Part shown: positions 1-8,884 of the stretch, piece by piece | Layout: each line of letters begins with the position of its first letter | Position numbering within the stretch: position 1 is the first letter of the stretch | Source: a virus | UHGV virus genome: UHGV-1519562 | Length of the DNA stretch: 64,000 bases | Direction: 5' to 3' (one strand) | Made by a program: the position numbers and the translations under genes | Notes under the pieces: generated by a model | What the model was told of the DNA's origin: nothing | Database searches by the model: none | What the model saw: the letters and a program-made list of their open reading frames with translations, nothing else

Positions 1-2
1 GG

Positions 3-107
3 GGTACTATTCAAGTTGTATCTAATGGATTTAATACTAGAAAGGAAGCTATAGAATACTTTCAAACCGCAAAGGAATTTGAGAGTTACAACGAATGGAT
101 GTGAAAA
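3..107 (+). CDS. partial CDS, C-terminal fragment (5' end outside window)
   Basis: open frame from window edge to a stop near 105-107; no start in window. Confidence 0.25.
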
Positions 108-334
108 CTATGAAAATGTATACAAATTGGGATGAGCTTTGTGATTTAATCATTCACTTTGGTGGTGAATATGATATTGACGCAGATAAACCTGATGAAA
201 ATCATTATTTTATCTGCCCTGAATGCGGAGAACCTATTTACAATGGCGATTTTGCTGAATCTGATTTTCTAAATAATAATAATCTTAGTTGTCCTGTTTG
301 TGGAACTACTGCTGCTGATATGTTTGGAGGTTGA
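95..334 (+). CDS. small zinc-ribbon protein
   Basis: 79 aa ORF with CPECG...CPVCG motif pair; ATG start. Confidence 0.5.
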   Translation: MDVKTMKMYTNWDELCDLIIHFGGEYDIDADKPDENHYFICPECGEPIYNGDFAESDFLNNNNLSCPVCGTTAADMFGG

Positions 335-340
335 TTATTA

Positions 341-799
341 ATGAGTGTTGCTAAATCTTATGAAAATTTTACTAAACTGTCTGAACCTTATGAAGAAAAT
401 GGCAAGATGTATATTCAACTTCAGAATCCTAAAACTGGTACTATCCGCAAAGCAAGATGGTATGAAGAAACAAAAGTAAAGAAAACTAATAGCGGAAATC
501 CCAATCTGAAAAGAGTGCGCGGTTTCAGCAAAGGTCCTATTCTTGTAGTTCGCAATATTAAAACTCATGCGGATGAACTTTGGTGTAAAGAATCCAATGC
601 AAGATACGCGGTAGGTATTGGTTGGCATTTTGTTTCTGAAGAAGAACTTCCCACAGAAATGCCCAAAAACCTCAAATATGTACTTCTTACTTGGGATGAA
701 TTTAAAGGCAAAGATGATTTTCATTCTAAAACCTCTAAACAGCTCGCCGCAATCATTACCCGCAAACTTGAAGCTAATAAAACTATTACTTTTTGTTAA
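341..799 (+). CDS. hypothetical protein
   Basis: 152 aa ORF, GGAGG-like RBS upstream. Confidence 0.6.
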   Translation: MSVAKSYENFTKLSEPYEENGKMYIQLQNPKTGTIRKARWYEETKVKKTNSGNPNLKRVRGFSKGPILVVRNIKTHADELWCKESNARYAVGIGWHFVSEEELPTEMPKNLKYVLLTWDEFKGKDDFHSKTSKQLAAIITRKLEANKTITFC

Positions 800-809
800 G
801 GAGGACTAA

Positions 810-980
810 ATGAATATTGCAAAAATTGTAACTGATTTTATCCAGTCTGGCGAAATTCAGGAATTGGCGAATAGCCAGCCTGAACATAAGGAAGCTTTTA
901 TCACAGGCGCTACTTGGGCAGCTTGTATGATTGCTATGAAATGCGTTGAAACAGAACAGAAGAAGGAGGATAAAGAATGA
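810..980 (+). CDS. small hypothetical protein (56 aa, not in ORF track)
   Basis: ATG preceded by AGGAGG RBS; read manually. Confidence 0.3.
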   Translation: MNIAKIVTDFIQSGEIQELANSQPEHKEAFITGATWAACMIAMKCVETEQKKEDKE

Positions 981-1011
981 AGGCTATTTATAAAACACAT
1001 TGTGTTGATTT

Positions 1012-1254
1012 TTGGGAATGGGTACAGCATGGGGCAAAGAAGAAGCTTTACAGTCTTTAAGAGATTTTTTTAAATCTATTAATCATAAGGCTATAATTTT
1101 TAGTTCTAATGAGCTTGAAGATGGTTTTTATATTAAATCTGAATATAGTTGGACTGCACATGTTTACTATGGCAGCATTTTAGTAATTGATAAGAATGAT
1201 AATTATTATTATCTTAAAGATAAATTCAAAAAATTTTTTGAGGTAATGGGATGA
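1012..1254 (+). CDS. hypothetical protein (possible 5' extension to ~976 through a G-run frameshift)
   Basis: 80 aa ORF; upstream ATG with strong RBS is in another frame. Confidence 0.45.
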   Translation: MGMGTAWGKEEALQSLRDFFKSINHKAIIFSSNELEDGFYIKSEYSWTAHVYYGSILVIDKNDNYYYLKDKFKKFFEVMG

Positions 1255-1541
1255 AACATTCTATATTTGTTATCTGTGATACATCTGCTTCTCCAAAGCT
1301 GACTTATCTTACTCATAATGATAAAATTTGGACATCCGATTTAGAAGAAGCAGCAATTTGGTTTAATAAAACAAACGCTCAGTTATATATTGAAAAATTT
1401 GTTACAGATATTTTTCATCGCCAAATAGAAATAATCAATAGAGAAGGAATCAACAAATTTACATCAGTAAAATACAATACAGTTTATGAGAATTATTTTC
1501 GATTAAAGCGAATTTATAAACCTTTGGAGGTATCTGTATGA
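1251..1541 (+). CDS. hypothetical protein
   Basis: 96 aa ORF, start overlaps upstream stop. Confidence 0.55.
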   Translation: MKHSIFVICDTSASPKLTYLTHNDKIWTSDLEEAAIWFNKTNAQLYIEKFVTDIFHRQIEIINREGINKFTSVKYNTVYENYFRLKRIYKPLEVSV

Positions 1542-1759
1542 GAACAAGATGTATTCTTTATAAAATTGATGAAAATTATAAAAACTCTTATTTGAGTTAT
1601 GATTTTCTTAATATGACTACATATTTTACGCCTTCTTCTTCTACTGCTTTTATTTTTAATTCTGTAAAAATTGCAGAAAATTACCTCAAAACGCACAATC
1701 TTCAGCTAAACATTCAGACTATTTATAATGAAAGGAATATTGAAAATGAGTGGTTTTAA
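1538..1759 (+). CDS. hypothetical protein
   Basis: 73 aa ORF with GGAGG RBS. Confidence 0.5.
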   Translation: MRTRCILYKIDENYKNSYLSYDFLNMTTYFTPSSSTAFIFNSVKIAENYLKTHNLQLNIQTIYNERNIENEWF

Positions 1760-1967
1760 AACTATTGATAATCAGTCCACCTTGATTACAGTTTGCGGTG
1801 AATGTCCTTTTGCTTCCAAAAAGACATATGAATATACTAGAAAAAATCCTTATGACCCCTATGGAGATGTACAGTACATCTTTGAAAAGAAATGTGAAAG
1901 ATATAATACTATTGTACCTGATACTTTGCCGGTTTGTGAAGCTATGGAATTTTGTTATAATGATTAA
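1746..1967 (+). CDS. hypothetical Cys-containing small protein
   Basis: in-frame ATG (Met7 of track ORF 1728..1967) after AAAGGAA RBS. Confidence 0.45.
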   Translation: MSGFKTIDNQSTLITVCGECPFASKKTYEYTRKNPYDPYGDVQYIFEKKCERYNTIVPDTLPVCEAMEFCYND

Positions 1968-1974
1968 AAAAAAT

Positions 1975-2178
1975 ATGAAAATTTTTAAACTTTATAGAAT
2001 TGCACCTACTCAAGAAAAAGAATGGCTTCATATTAGAGGTATTCAATATCTTTGGGAAAAAGGAAATTATGCAGGCACTTCTTTTCCTTCTTTACACAAA
2101 GCATTAAAATGTAAAGAAAAATATTTAATAAATTTTGGTTTTCCTTCTTTTCAGATTTATATTGCAGAATTTTTTTAA
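1975..2178 (+). CDS. small hypothetical protein, paralog A (KEWL motif)
   Basis: in-frame ATG (Met60 of track ORF 1798..2178); similar to following small ORF. Confidence 0.45.
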   Translation: MKIFKLYRIAPTQEKEWLHIRGIQYLWEKGNYAGTSFPSLHKALKCKEKYLINFGFPSFQIYIAEFF

Positions 2179-2187
2179 AAGGTTAAT

Positions 2188-2343
2188 ATGTATTATATTT
2201 ATCGAGTTATTGACAAGAAAAAAGAATGGTTAAATATTAAAATTTTAGATGGACAACTTATTTGGACTTGGAAAAAGCACTGCAATAAAGCTATTTCTTT
2301 TTTAAGTATGCGAGAAGCAATAGTCACAAAAGGATGTACTTAA
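2188..2343 (+). CDS. small hypothetical protein, paralog B (51 aa, not in track)
   Basis: manual read; shares YR(I/V)..KEWL motif with 1975..2178. Confidence 0.35.
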   Translation: MYYIYRVIDKKKEWLNIKILDGQLIWTWKKHCNKAISFLSMREAIVTKGCT

Positions 2344-2401
2344 AAGCTTTTAATGTTTCTTCTAAAGACGTTTATATTATATTTAAAAGGAGCTGGTAAT
2401 T

Positions 2402-2617
2402 ATGACTTATCAATATTATGAGTACAACATTGTATTGAAAAATAACGAAATTCGCCAAGGTATTATTAGTGCGGAAGATTATTATTCTGCTCTTGATGAC
2501 ATTATTCATCAGTATAATAATATTAAATCTATTCTATTGTCAGAAATTGATTCTCTTGGTAGTGTAAGTTTTTCTGAAGAAATTATTAATGAAATCAAAA
2601 GAAATGAGGTAGTTTAA
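2402..2617 (+). CDS. hypothetical protein
   Basis: 71 aa ORF, AAGGAG RBS. Confidence 0.6.
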   Translation: MTYQYYEYNIVLKNNEIRQGIISAEDYYSALDDIIHQYNNIKSILLSEIDSLGSVSFSEEIINEIKRNEVV

Positions 2618-2618
2618 T

Positions 2619-2861
2619 ATGGAAACTCATCACGGAATTATTAATCATACTGAGCATTATTCTCTTGAAATCAATAGATTTATGAACGCTCTTGATGCAG
2701 TAATTGAATCTGCTATTGATTATGGTCAAGCAGAAGAAACAGATGAAGAAAGATTAACTCTTAAAACTCTTGATGATAATATTAATCTTTTGTTTAGAAA
2801 GCTAGGGATTTCTGCTGATTGGTACGCTCGCAATGGGCATCTTATCAATAGGGTTAAGTGA
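2619..2861 (+). CDS. hypothetical protein
   Basis: 80 aa ORF tightly coupled to upstream gene. Confidence 0.55.
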   Translation: METHHGIINHTEHYSLEINRFMNALDAVIESAIDYGQAEETDEERLTLKTLDDNINLLFRKLGISADWYARNGHLINRVK

Positions 2862-2870
2862 ATAAAACAA

Positions 2871-2910
2871 AGGTCAACAGATTTTGTAACACTGTTGACC
2901 TTTTAAAAAT
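2871..2910 (+). terminator. rho-independent terminator
   Basis: stem AGGTCAACAG / CTGTTGACCT followed by T-run. Confidence 0.6.
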
Positions 2911-2923
2911 TTTATGATATAAT
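2895..2923 (+). promoter_or_regulatory. sigma70-like promoter (-35 TTGACC, 17 bp, extended -10 TGnTATAAT) with conserved leader
   Basis: hexamers and spacing read directly; member of repeated promoter family. Confidence 0.5.
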
Positions 2924-2956
2924 ATTTATAGAAAATAAAAAAGGAGTTTTAAAAGT

Positions 2957-4630
2957 ATGGAAGATTTTATGAACAAATTAAATCTTACTAAAGATGAAGA
3001 TTTGTTAAATTTTTATTTTCAAACTTACGGCGATGATGAAGCTATGCCCGCAAGAGACTATCTCAAATTTTGGCATGAAGCTAAAAGTGAATATCTACTT
3101 CCTATCTTTAAAAATCAACTTATCTACAAAAAAGAAATCAGTTTTGATGTAGATACTGAAATTCTTATTTCAAGAATTTACAGACTTTTTATTAAAGATA
3201 ATAAAAATTCTAATATCTATTACAAACTTAAAAATAGATTATTTGAAATTGTTGATAATTTATTTCCTAATGTAAGTAAAGATATTCGTATAAACAAAGA
3301 TGTTTCTTGTGATTCATACCTCTGGATAAGTTCTTGTTTAAATTTTCGCACTCTAGCTTTGAATAGAACTGCAACTACTTTTCAATATAATAATTTTAAA
3401 ATCCCGCAAGGTACAAAAGTTTTTAAAGCTCTTAAATCTTTTGTTAATTTTGCGTTAAAGAATAAACTTATTGAACAAATTGAATATGATGAAATAAATG
3501 ATCTTATTGAATATTTGCGGATTCAACATTCTCAAGTATTTAATCAAAAAAAGATTTCCGGCAATTTATGTATCTCAATTCATCCTATGGACTATATTAC
3601 CATGAGTGATAATAGTAATAACTGGGATTCTTGTATGCGCTGGGGCAATGACGGAGGGGATTATAAAGTAGGTACTTTGGAAATGCTTAATTCTCCTTCT
3701 GTTGTAGTTTGTTATCTTGAAAGCAAAAAACCTTGGAATATCAATGATGATTATTCCTGGAATAATAAAAAATGGCGGGAATTATTTATTGTTGATAAAG
3801 ATTTTATTTGTGGTGTCAAAGGCTATCCATATCCTAGTGTTTATCTGGAGACTATGTGTGCTAACTGGTTAGCAGATTTAGTTGAAGAATATTATCACAA
3901 TAAGTTTGATAGAACTAATTTCCGCTATGATAAAAAAATTACATTTGAAACTATTCTAATGTATAATGATATTAATGCAAATGGAGAATGTTTTTTATAT
4001 TATTCAGAGGATGCTATTGAAGCAGATGAAGAAATTGAATTTAATTATAGTGGATATGCAAGATGTTTAAGATGCGGTGAAATTATTTCTGAAGAATGGA
4101 CAGATTCAGATACTTTATTTAGTATGTTTCTTTGTCCTAGTTGCGCAGGTTTGATATTTTGTGCAGATTGTGGCGATTTAATTAATCCAGAAGATTATGG
4201 CGTTGAACACAATGGAAACTGGTATTGTGAAGAATGTATGTTAGATCATGGTTTCTTCTGCGGTGAGTGCGATGAATTTCATTGGAATGATGAAGATGAA
4301 AACACCGCGATTTATGTTGCGTACAAAGACAAAAATTCTGAACAAGTAGAATTAAGAATACTCAATTATTTGTGTCCTGATTGTATTAATGAAAATCTTG
4401 AATGTGGAAATATCGTTGAAGTAGAATATGAAAATCAAAAATATTATGTTGCTACTGTTGATTTTATTACTTCAGAATATGTTAGTCAAGTTTCTCGTTA
4501 TGGCGATAAAGATGGGCATAAAATGATTTCTACTTTTGCTTTTTACCATGATTTAACTTTTAATAAAACAATTTTGTATAATCCAGAATACTTTATTAAC
4601 AAGGAGTATTTAAATGAAGAAAATGACTAA
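2957..4630 (+). CDS. large hypothetical protein, paralog of 6736..8031; conserved NWxSC core and C-terminal CxxC clusters
   Basis: 557 aa ORF; core SIHPMDY..NNWDSCMRWG..GDYKVG aligns with ASIDPFEF..CNWRSCH..GDYRAG of the paralog. Confidence 0.8.
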   Translation: MEDFMNKLNLTKDEDLLNFYFQTYGDDEAMPARDYLKFWHEAKSEYLLPIFKNQLIYKKEISFDVDTEILISRIYRLFIKDNKNSNIYYKLKNRLFEIVDNLFPNVSKDIRINKDVSCDSYLWISSCLNFRTLALNRTATTFQYNNFKIPQGTKVFKALKSFVNFALKNKLIEQIEYDEINDLIEYLRIQHSQVFNQKKISGNLCISIHPMDYITMSDNSNNWDSCMRWGNDGGDYKVGTLEMLNSPSVVVCYLESKKPWNINDDYSWNNKKWRELFIVDKDFICGVKGYPYPSVYLETMCANWLADLVEEYYHNKFDRTNFRYDKKITFETILMYNDINANGECFLYYSEDAIEADEEIEFNYSGYARCLRCGEIISEEWTDSDTLFSMFLCPSCAGLIFCADCGDLINPEDYGVEHNGNWYCEECMLDHGFFCGECDEFHWNDEDENTAIYVAYKDKNSEQVELRILNYLCPDCINENLECGNIVEVEYENQKYYVATVDFITSEYVSQVSRYGDKDGHKMISTFAFYHDLTFNKTILYNPEYFINKEYLNEEND

Positions 4631-4991
4631 AAGAGATTATTATAAAAAAATTCTCCAACATTTTGGAGATAATTGCCCAGAGTCAGAAATGATTAGAAAT
4701 TTTCTTGAAAATGAAATTATGTTGCTTGATAGAAAAACAGAGTCTGCAAAGTTAAAAGCTATTGAAGCAAAAGAAAAAGGTGACGAACTGCGTGAACAGA
4801 TTTATGACATTTTACCTAGTTGCGAAGAAAATCCCATTCCTGTTTCTAAAATAAAAGAAATTTTAAATAATGATTTAATTACTTCTCAAAAAATTTCTGC
4901 GCGTTTGACTCAGTTGTTTAAATTAAACAAAATTGAGAAACAAGAAATTTCTTTTGAAGGTCAGAAAAAGACTGGATATAGAAAAATTTAA
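4614..4991 (+). CDS. hypothetical protein
   Basis: 125 aa ORF, AAGGAG RBS, followed by terminator. Confidence 0.7.
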   Translation: MKKMTKRDYYKKILQHFGDNCPESEMIRNFLENEIMLLDRKTESAKLKAIEAKEKGDELREQIYDILPSCEENPIPVSKIKEILNNDLITSQKISARLTQLFKLNKIEKQEISFEGQKKTGYRKI

Positions 4992-4998
4992 GAAGATA

Positions 4999-5027
4999 AA
5001 GAGGAGAATTTTTTCTCCTCTTTTTTA
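4999..5027 (+). terminator. rho-independent terminator
   Basis: stem AGAGGAGAA / TTCTCCTCT plus T6. Confidence 0.7.
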
Positions 5028-5069
5028 TTACCATAATTATAATAACATATTTTTTGCTAAAAATAAAGT

Positions 5070-5140
5070 TTGAAACTTTTAGCTTAGCTTAGGCCGGGGC
5101 GGAGACGTGCGAATAAAAATGGCTTTAACAAATTTTTAAA
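5070..5140 (+). promoter_or_regulatory. conserved GC-rich element plus mini-ORF (MALTNF), copy 1
   Basis: TTTGAAACTTTTAGCTTAGCTTAGGCCGGGGCGGAGACGTGCGAATAAAAATGGCTTTAACAAATTTTT; related copies at ~13030 and ~49222. Confidence 0.45.
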
Positions 5141-5158
5141 AGATAAAGGAGAATAACA

Positions 5159-5935
5159 ATGTTATATAGTTTAAATACAAGATTAAAAAAACTAATGCCA
5201 GATGAAATCAAATGTCAAGTAAATAGATTGGGAGACATTTTTGATTTAATTAAAGAAAATCCAGATATTAGATGTAATATTCAATACACTAATATGGGCG
5301 AATTATCTGAAAAAAAATTAGATGAACAAATTGATTTTATTAAAGAAGTGGCAAAAGATTATACAATAGCTGTAATTAATTTCCAAGATTTGCGGAAATT
5401 AAAAGCAAAAGGCTATAATGTATATTTAGATTTGCCGGTTTCAGATTGGGAAACTTTTAATAATTTAAAAAATATTGGGGTTTCAGATATTTATATTGAC
5501 GGAGCTTTAGGATTCCAAATGGAAAAAATTGGAAAAGCAAAAGGAAAAATAAAGATTAGAGTTACTCCGCACATGTCGCCAAACGCGCAATGGTCATTTT
5601 CAGATAATGAAAATTCTTTTTATATTCGACCAGAAGATATAGATAATTATTCTAAATATGTAGATATTTTAGACTTTAGAGATAACAGTAAAGATGCAGA
5701 AGAAACTTTATTCAATATTTATAAAAGGAAGATTTTTCCTTTTGATTTAAATAATTTAATTAGACAATTGAATTTACCAACTAATAATATTTATATTGCA
5801 AATAGCTTTTGTTCAAACAGATTGAATTGCGGGCAAAGATGTCAAGAGCCAGATATTTCTTGCCATTTATGTAGAAACGCAATTTTAATTTCTAATAAAA
5901 TGAATGAATATATTAGTTTAACAGAAAAAAATTGA
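5159..5935 (+). CDS. hypothetical protein with C-terminal Cys cluster
   Basis: 258 aa ORF; AAAGGAG RBS. Confidence 0.7.
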   Translation: MLYSLNTRLKKLMPDEIKCQVNRLGDIFDLIKENPDIRCNIQYTNMGELSEKKLDEQIDFIKEVAKDYTIAVINFQDLRKLKAKGYNVYLDLPVSDWETFNNLKNIGVSDIYIDGALGFQMEKIGKAKGKIKIRVTPHMSPNAQWSFSDNENSFYIRPEDIDNYSKYVDILDFRDNSKDAEETLFNIYKRKIFPFDLNNLIRQLNLPTNNIYIANSFCSNRLNCGQRCQEPDISCHLCRNAILISNKMNEYISLTEKN

Positions 5936-5960
5936 TTTTTTTTAAAAAATATAATATAAT
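5932..5960 (+). promoter_or_regulatory. sigma70-like promoter (-35 TTGATT, 17 bp, -10 TATAAT)
   Basis: read directly. Confidence 0.45.
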
Positions 5961-5986
5961 ATTTATATAATAAAAGAAATAATAAG

Positions 5987-6020
5987 TTTTATAAAACTCA
6001 CCTTTGGTGAGTTTTATAAA
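5987..6020 (+). other. stable hairpin in 5' UTR of 6045 gene (attenuator or terminator-like)
   Basis: ATAAAACTCACC-TTT-GGTGAGTTTTAT; core shared with hairpin at ~34510. Confidence 0.4.
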
Positions 6021-6044
6021 ACAAATAAGAAAGATGGGGATGAT

Positions 6045-6770
6045 ATGAAACTAAATAATTATGATTATAGATTTTTAAAAAAGTTGTTACAGTCTACACA
6101 GCATGAACTATTAGAATTTTTGCCTAAAGCGCTTAATGCTATCTACCGCAAAGAAGATATTATTATTACCAACAATTATATTTGCGCTAAAGGTGATATC
6201 CCAGTAGCTTTAGTTGCTCATTTAGACACTGTATATCCAGAACCACCTAAACAGATTTTTCATGACCCAGAATATAATATTATTTGGGGAACAAGTGGTT
6301 TAGGTGCAGATGATAGAGCAGGCGTTTTTGCTATTTTAAATATTTTAGAATGTGGTTATAAACCTACTGTAATCTTTTGTTGTGATGAAGAAAATGGCGG
6401 TTTAGGTGCTTATCAACTGACTAAAGATTTTCCAAAACCTTTCACCAATTTTAAAATGCTTATTGAGCTAGACCGCCAAGGAACAAAAGATGCAGTATAT
6501 TATTCATTAAATAACACTGATTTTGAAAATTATATCAATAATTATGGATTTGAAACTGCGGTAGGTGTATTTACAGATATTTGTATTCTAGGTCCAATTT
6601 GGGATGTTCCCGCAGTTAATCTTTCTGTTGGTTATTTTAATGAACATAGTTATGCGGAAATGCTTTATTACCCGGCTTTATTTGATACTATTGATAAGGT
6701 TTGTTTAATTTTAGAAGAAAAGAGGACAAAAGACTTTGAATTTACAGAAATCACTGGAAGCAGCAATTAA
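6045..6770 (+). CDS. putative zinc metallopeptidase (M20/M28/M42-like)
   Basis: motifs AHLDTV, GADDRAG, DEENGG consistent with the His/Asp/Glu-Glu ligand pattern of this peptidase clan. Confidence 0.55.
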   Translation: MKLNNYDYRFLKKLLQSTQHELLEFLPKALNAIYRKEDIIITNNYICAKGDIPVALVAHLDTVYPEPPKQIFHDPEYNIIWGTSGLGADDRAGVFAILNILECGYKPTVIFCCDEENGGLGAYQLTKDFPKPFTNFKMLIELDRQGTKDAVYYSLNNTDFENYINNYGFETAVGVFTDICILGPIWDVPAVNLSVGYFNEHSYAEMLYYPALFDTIDKVCLILEEKRTKDFEFTEITGSSN

Positions 6771-8031
6771 ATATTCTCAAAATTATTCTTTTCCTCTTGA
6801 TTGTAAAGAAATAATTACTTCTTGGGAAATTAATAAAGCTAAATTGAACAAAGAATATTTGAACGAAAAAATTACTTTACAATTAACTAATGAACCAGTA
6901 TCTATTACTCTTGATGAAACCTTTAGAAGAGATAGTTTTTTTGAATTTATTGATAAAGTTATGAATTTGTTGGAACCATCTGAAGATGCTCCAGATAGTG
7001 AAATAGAACTATATTACAATTTTTATGATTTTCTTAGTGATAATGTAAATAATTTTTATTCTAATATTGTTACTTCAGATTTTTTAAATATTGTAAAACG
7101 TGGAAGTAAAATTATTAAATCTTTTAAGTATTTTGTTAAAGATAAACAAAAGCTCAGAAAGATCCAGGATATGGCAAGTGAGTTAATTCAAACACAAAAA
7201 ATTTCTGGGTATTTATTTGCTTCTATTGATCCATTTGAATTTTTAACTTCTAGTGAGAATAATTGTAATTGGCGTTCTTGTCATTCATTGGATGGAGATT
7301 ATCGTGCAGGAAATATTAGTTATATGAATGATCCATCTACCATTATTGTATTTTTAGCAAATGAAGAAAAAATCAATGTAGAATGTTTACCAAAATCTAT
7401 CAAAGTCTATAATAAAAAATGGAGAATGTTAATTCATATAAATCAAAATGATAATATAATTTATTATGGAAGACAATACCCTTCTTATAATAAAAATTTA
7501 TTAGATTTAGTTTATAATAAATTGTTTTATGATAGAGGTTTTATGCCTCCTAAAGAAGTTACTTTTGACCAAATTAATTTAAATCAAGATAATTGTATTG
7601 ATTTAGACCATAATTATATGGCATTAAATAATAAAGTTTTTGATACTTTAGAATTAATTGATATTCCAGAAAATTCGTTGAATTATAATGATATTGTATA
7701 TTCTTCATTTCATCAAACACAGGTTAGTATTAACAAAAAATATAAATATTATTATAGCAAAGATAAACAAAAGACAATAGATTTATTTTTAACTAAAGTT
7801 GGTTATCCTGTTGCTTGCGCTTGTGGATGCGGCAGAAAAGTAAATAATTCGGCAAGCTTTATTTGTGATACTTGTGCAGAAAAATATAATGCTGAAGGAA
7901 ATTTATATCCAATTTGCTCTTGCTGTGGACAAAGAATAAATTTGAAAGATAAACAAAGTTATAAGCAAGAAGAAGAAGGTCTTTATTGTAATCTTTGTTG
8001 TGAGGAATTAAGTCATTTGAACGTCAATTGA
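6736..8031 (+). CDS. large hypothetical protein, paralog of 2957..4630
   Basis: 431 aa ORF; shared core motif; C-terminal CACGCG..CDTC..CSCCG..CNLCC. Confidence 0.75.
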   Translation: MNLQKSLEAAIKYSQNYSFPLDCKEIITSWEINKAKLNKEYLNEKITLQLTNEPVSITLDETFRRDSFFEFIDKVMNLLEPSEDAPDSEIELYYNFYDFLSDNVNNFYSNIVTSDFLNIVKRGSKIIKSFKYFVKDKQKLRKIQDMASELIQTQKISGYLFASIDPFEFLTSSENNCNWRSCHSLDGDYRAGNISYMNDPSTIIVFLANEEKINVECLPKSIKVYNKKWRMLIHINQNDNIIYYGRQYPSYNKNLLDLVYNKLFYDRGFMPPKEVTFDQINLNQDNCIDLDHNYMALNNKVFDTLELIDIPENSLNYNDIVYSSFHQTQVSINKKYKYYYSKDKQKTIDLFLTKVGYPVACACGCGRKVNNSASFICDTCAEKYNAEGNLYPICSCCGQRINLKDKQSYKQEEEGLYCNLCCEELSHLNVN

Positions 8032-8056
8032 ATTTTTAATAAAAATATATTATAAT
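8028..8056 (+). promoter_or_regulatory. sigma70-like promoter (-35 TTGAAT, 17 bp, -10 TATAAT) plus conserved leader
   Basis: read directly. Confidence 0.5.
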
Positions 8057-8238
8057 ATATTTAGAAAATTAAGAAAGGAATAAAATATGACTGTAAAAGA
8101 GCATGAAGTAAAAGTTTTTAAATGGCATTATACTTTAGTTAAAAGTTCAGCCATTTTTATTTAAAAGATTTTATTAATCAAAATGTTTCAGATATTGATT
8201 ATTATATTGCTGATAATAATGAAAGTAATAAAATTATT

Positions 8239-8544
8239 TTGAATATTAATGGAGTAGAGTATCGTCTTTTGATTAATGATTATCTTCTTTATGATCCTTA
8301 TTATAATACTTTTGTCATATTAGAAAAATCTCCAGAATTTCTTTTTAAAGAATATGAAAAAGATTATGTTATTAAATTTTTAGATAATTATATTGGTAAA
8401 AATCTTCACGATATAACAACTATTTTTAGTTGTGCGAGACATTTTTCTTCTAAAGAAAAAGCTGAAAAGGTAGTAGATTTTTTGAGTAATAATTTTAACA
8501 CTGATAGAGCTTGTTTTAAAATTATTAACTTAAATGAGGAATAA
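8239..8544 (+). CDS. hypothetical protein, tandem paralog 1 (N-terminal part may lie upstream in another frame)
   Basis: EYxLLxxDYLxYDxYY motif shared with next ORF. Confidence 0.6.
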   Translation: MNINGVEYRLLINDYLLYDPYYNTFVILEKSPEFLFKEYEKDYVIKFLDNYIGKNLHDITTIFSCARHFSSKEKAEKVVDFLSNNFNTDRACFKIINLNEE

Positions 8545-8546
8545 TT

Positions 8547-8843
8547 ATGAGTAATACTATTGAACAAAAAGTTAAAATATTTTGTTGGAGTGTTCTTATT
8601 GACAAAAAATTATCTATTTTTTGTTTAGAAGATTTTTTGAATAATATTAACAATATTTCTTTTTATATTTTTATAAGCACTCATAATGATATTATTCATT
8701 TTAAAATTAATGAAAAAGAATATGTTCTCTTAATGGGAGATTATTTGGTTTATGATTCTTATTATGAGAATTTTGCTATATTTCATAAACTTCCAAAATA
8801 TATTCGTAAAATGCAACAAATTGAAAATTTAAAAAATAAATGA
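8547..8843 (+). CDS. hypothetical protein, tandem paralog 2
   Basis: 98 aa ORF; motif EYVLLMGDYLVYDSYY. Confidence 0.6.
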   Translation: MSNTIEQKVKIFCWSVLIDKKLSIFCLEDFLNNINNISFYIFISTHNDIIHFKINEKEYVLLMGDYLVYDSYYENFAIFHKLPKYIRKMQQIENLKNK

Positions 8844-8849
8844 TATAAT
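8821..8849 (+). promoter_or_regulatory. sigma70-like promoter (-35 TTGAAA, 17 bp, TGnTATAAT) plus leader ATATATACAAAGTTAAGAAAGGA
   Basis: read directly. Confidence 0.55.
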
Positions 8850-8884
8850 ATATATACAAAGTTAAGAAAGGAATAAAAAAAATA

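Noticed and set aside
338-724. 128-aa minus-strand ORF overlapping the plus-strand gene 341..799
   Set aside because: Fully antisense to a better-supported gene with RBS; Phe/Ile-rich translation typical of AT-rich antisense frames.
1798-1974. N-terminal part of track ORF 1798..2178
   Set aside because: Overlaps gene 1746..1967 in another frame; the likelier gene starts at the ATG at 1975 with its own RBS.
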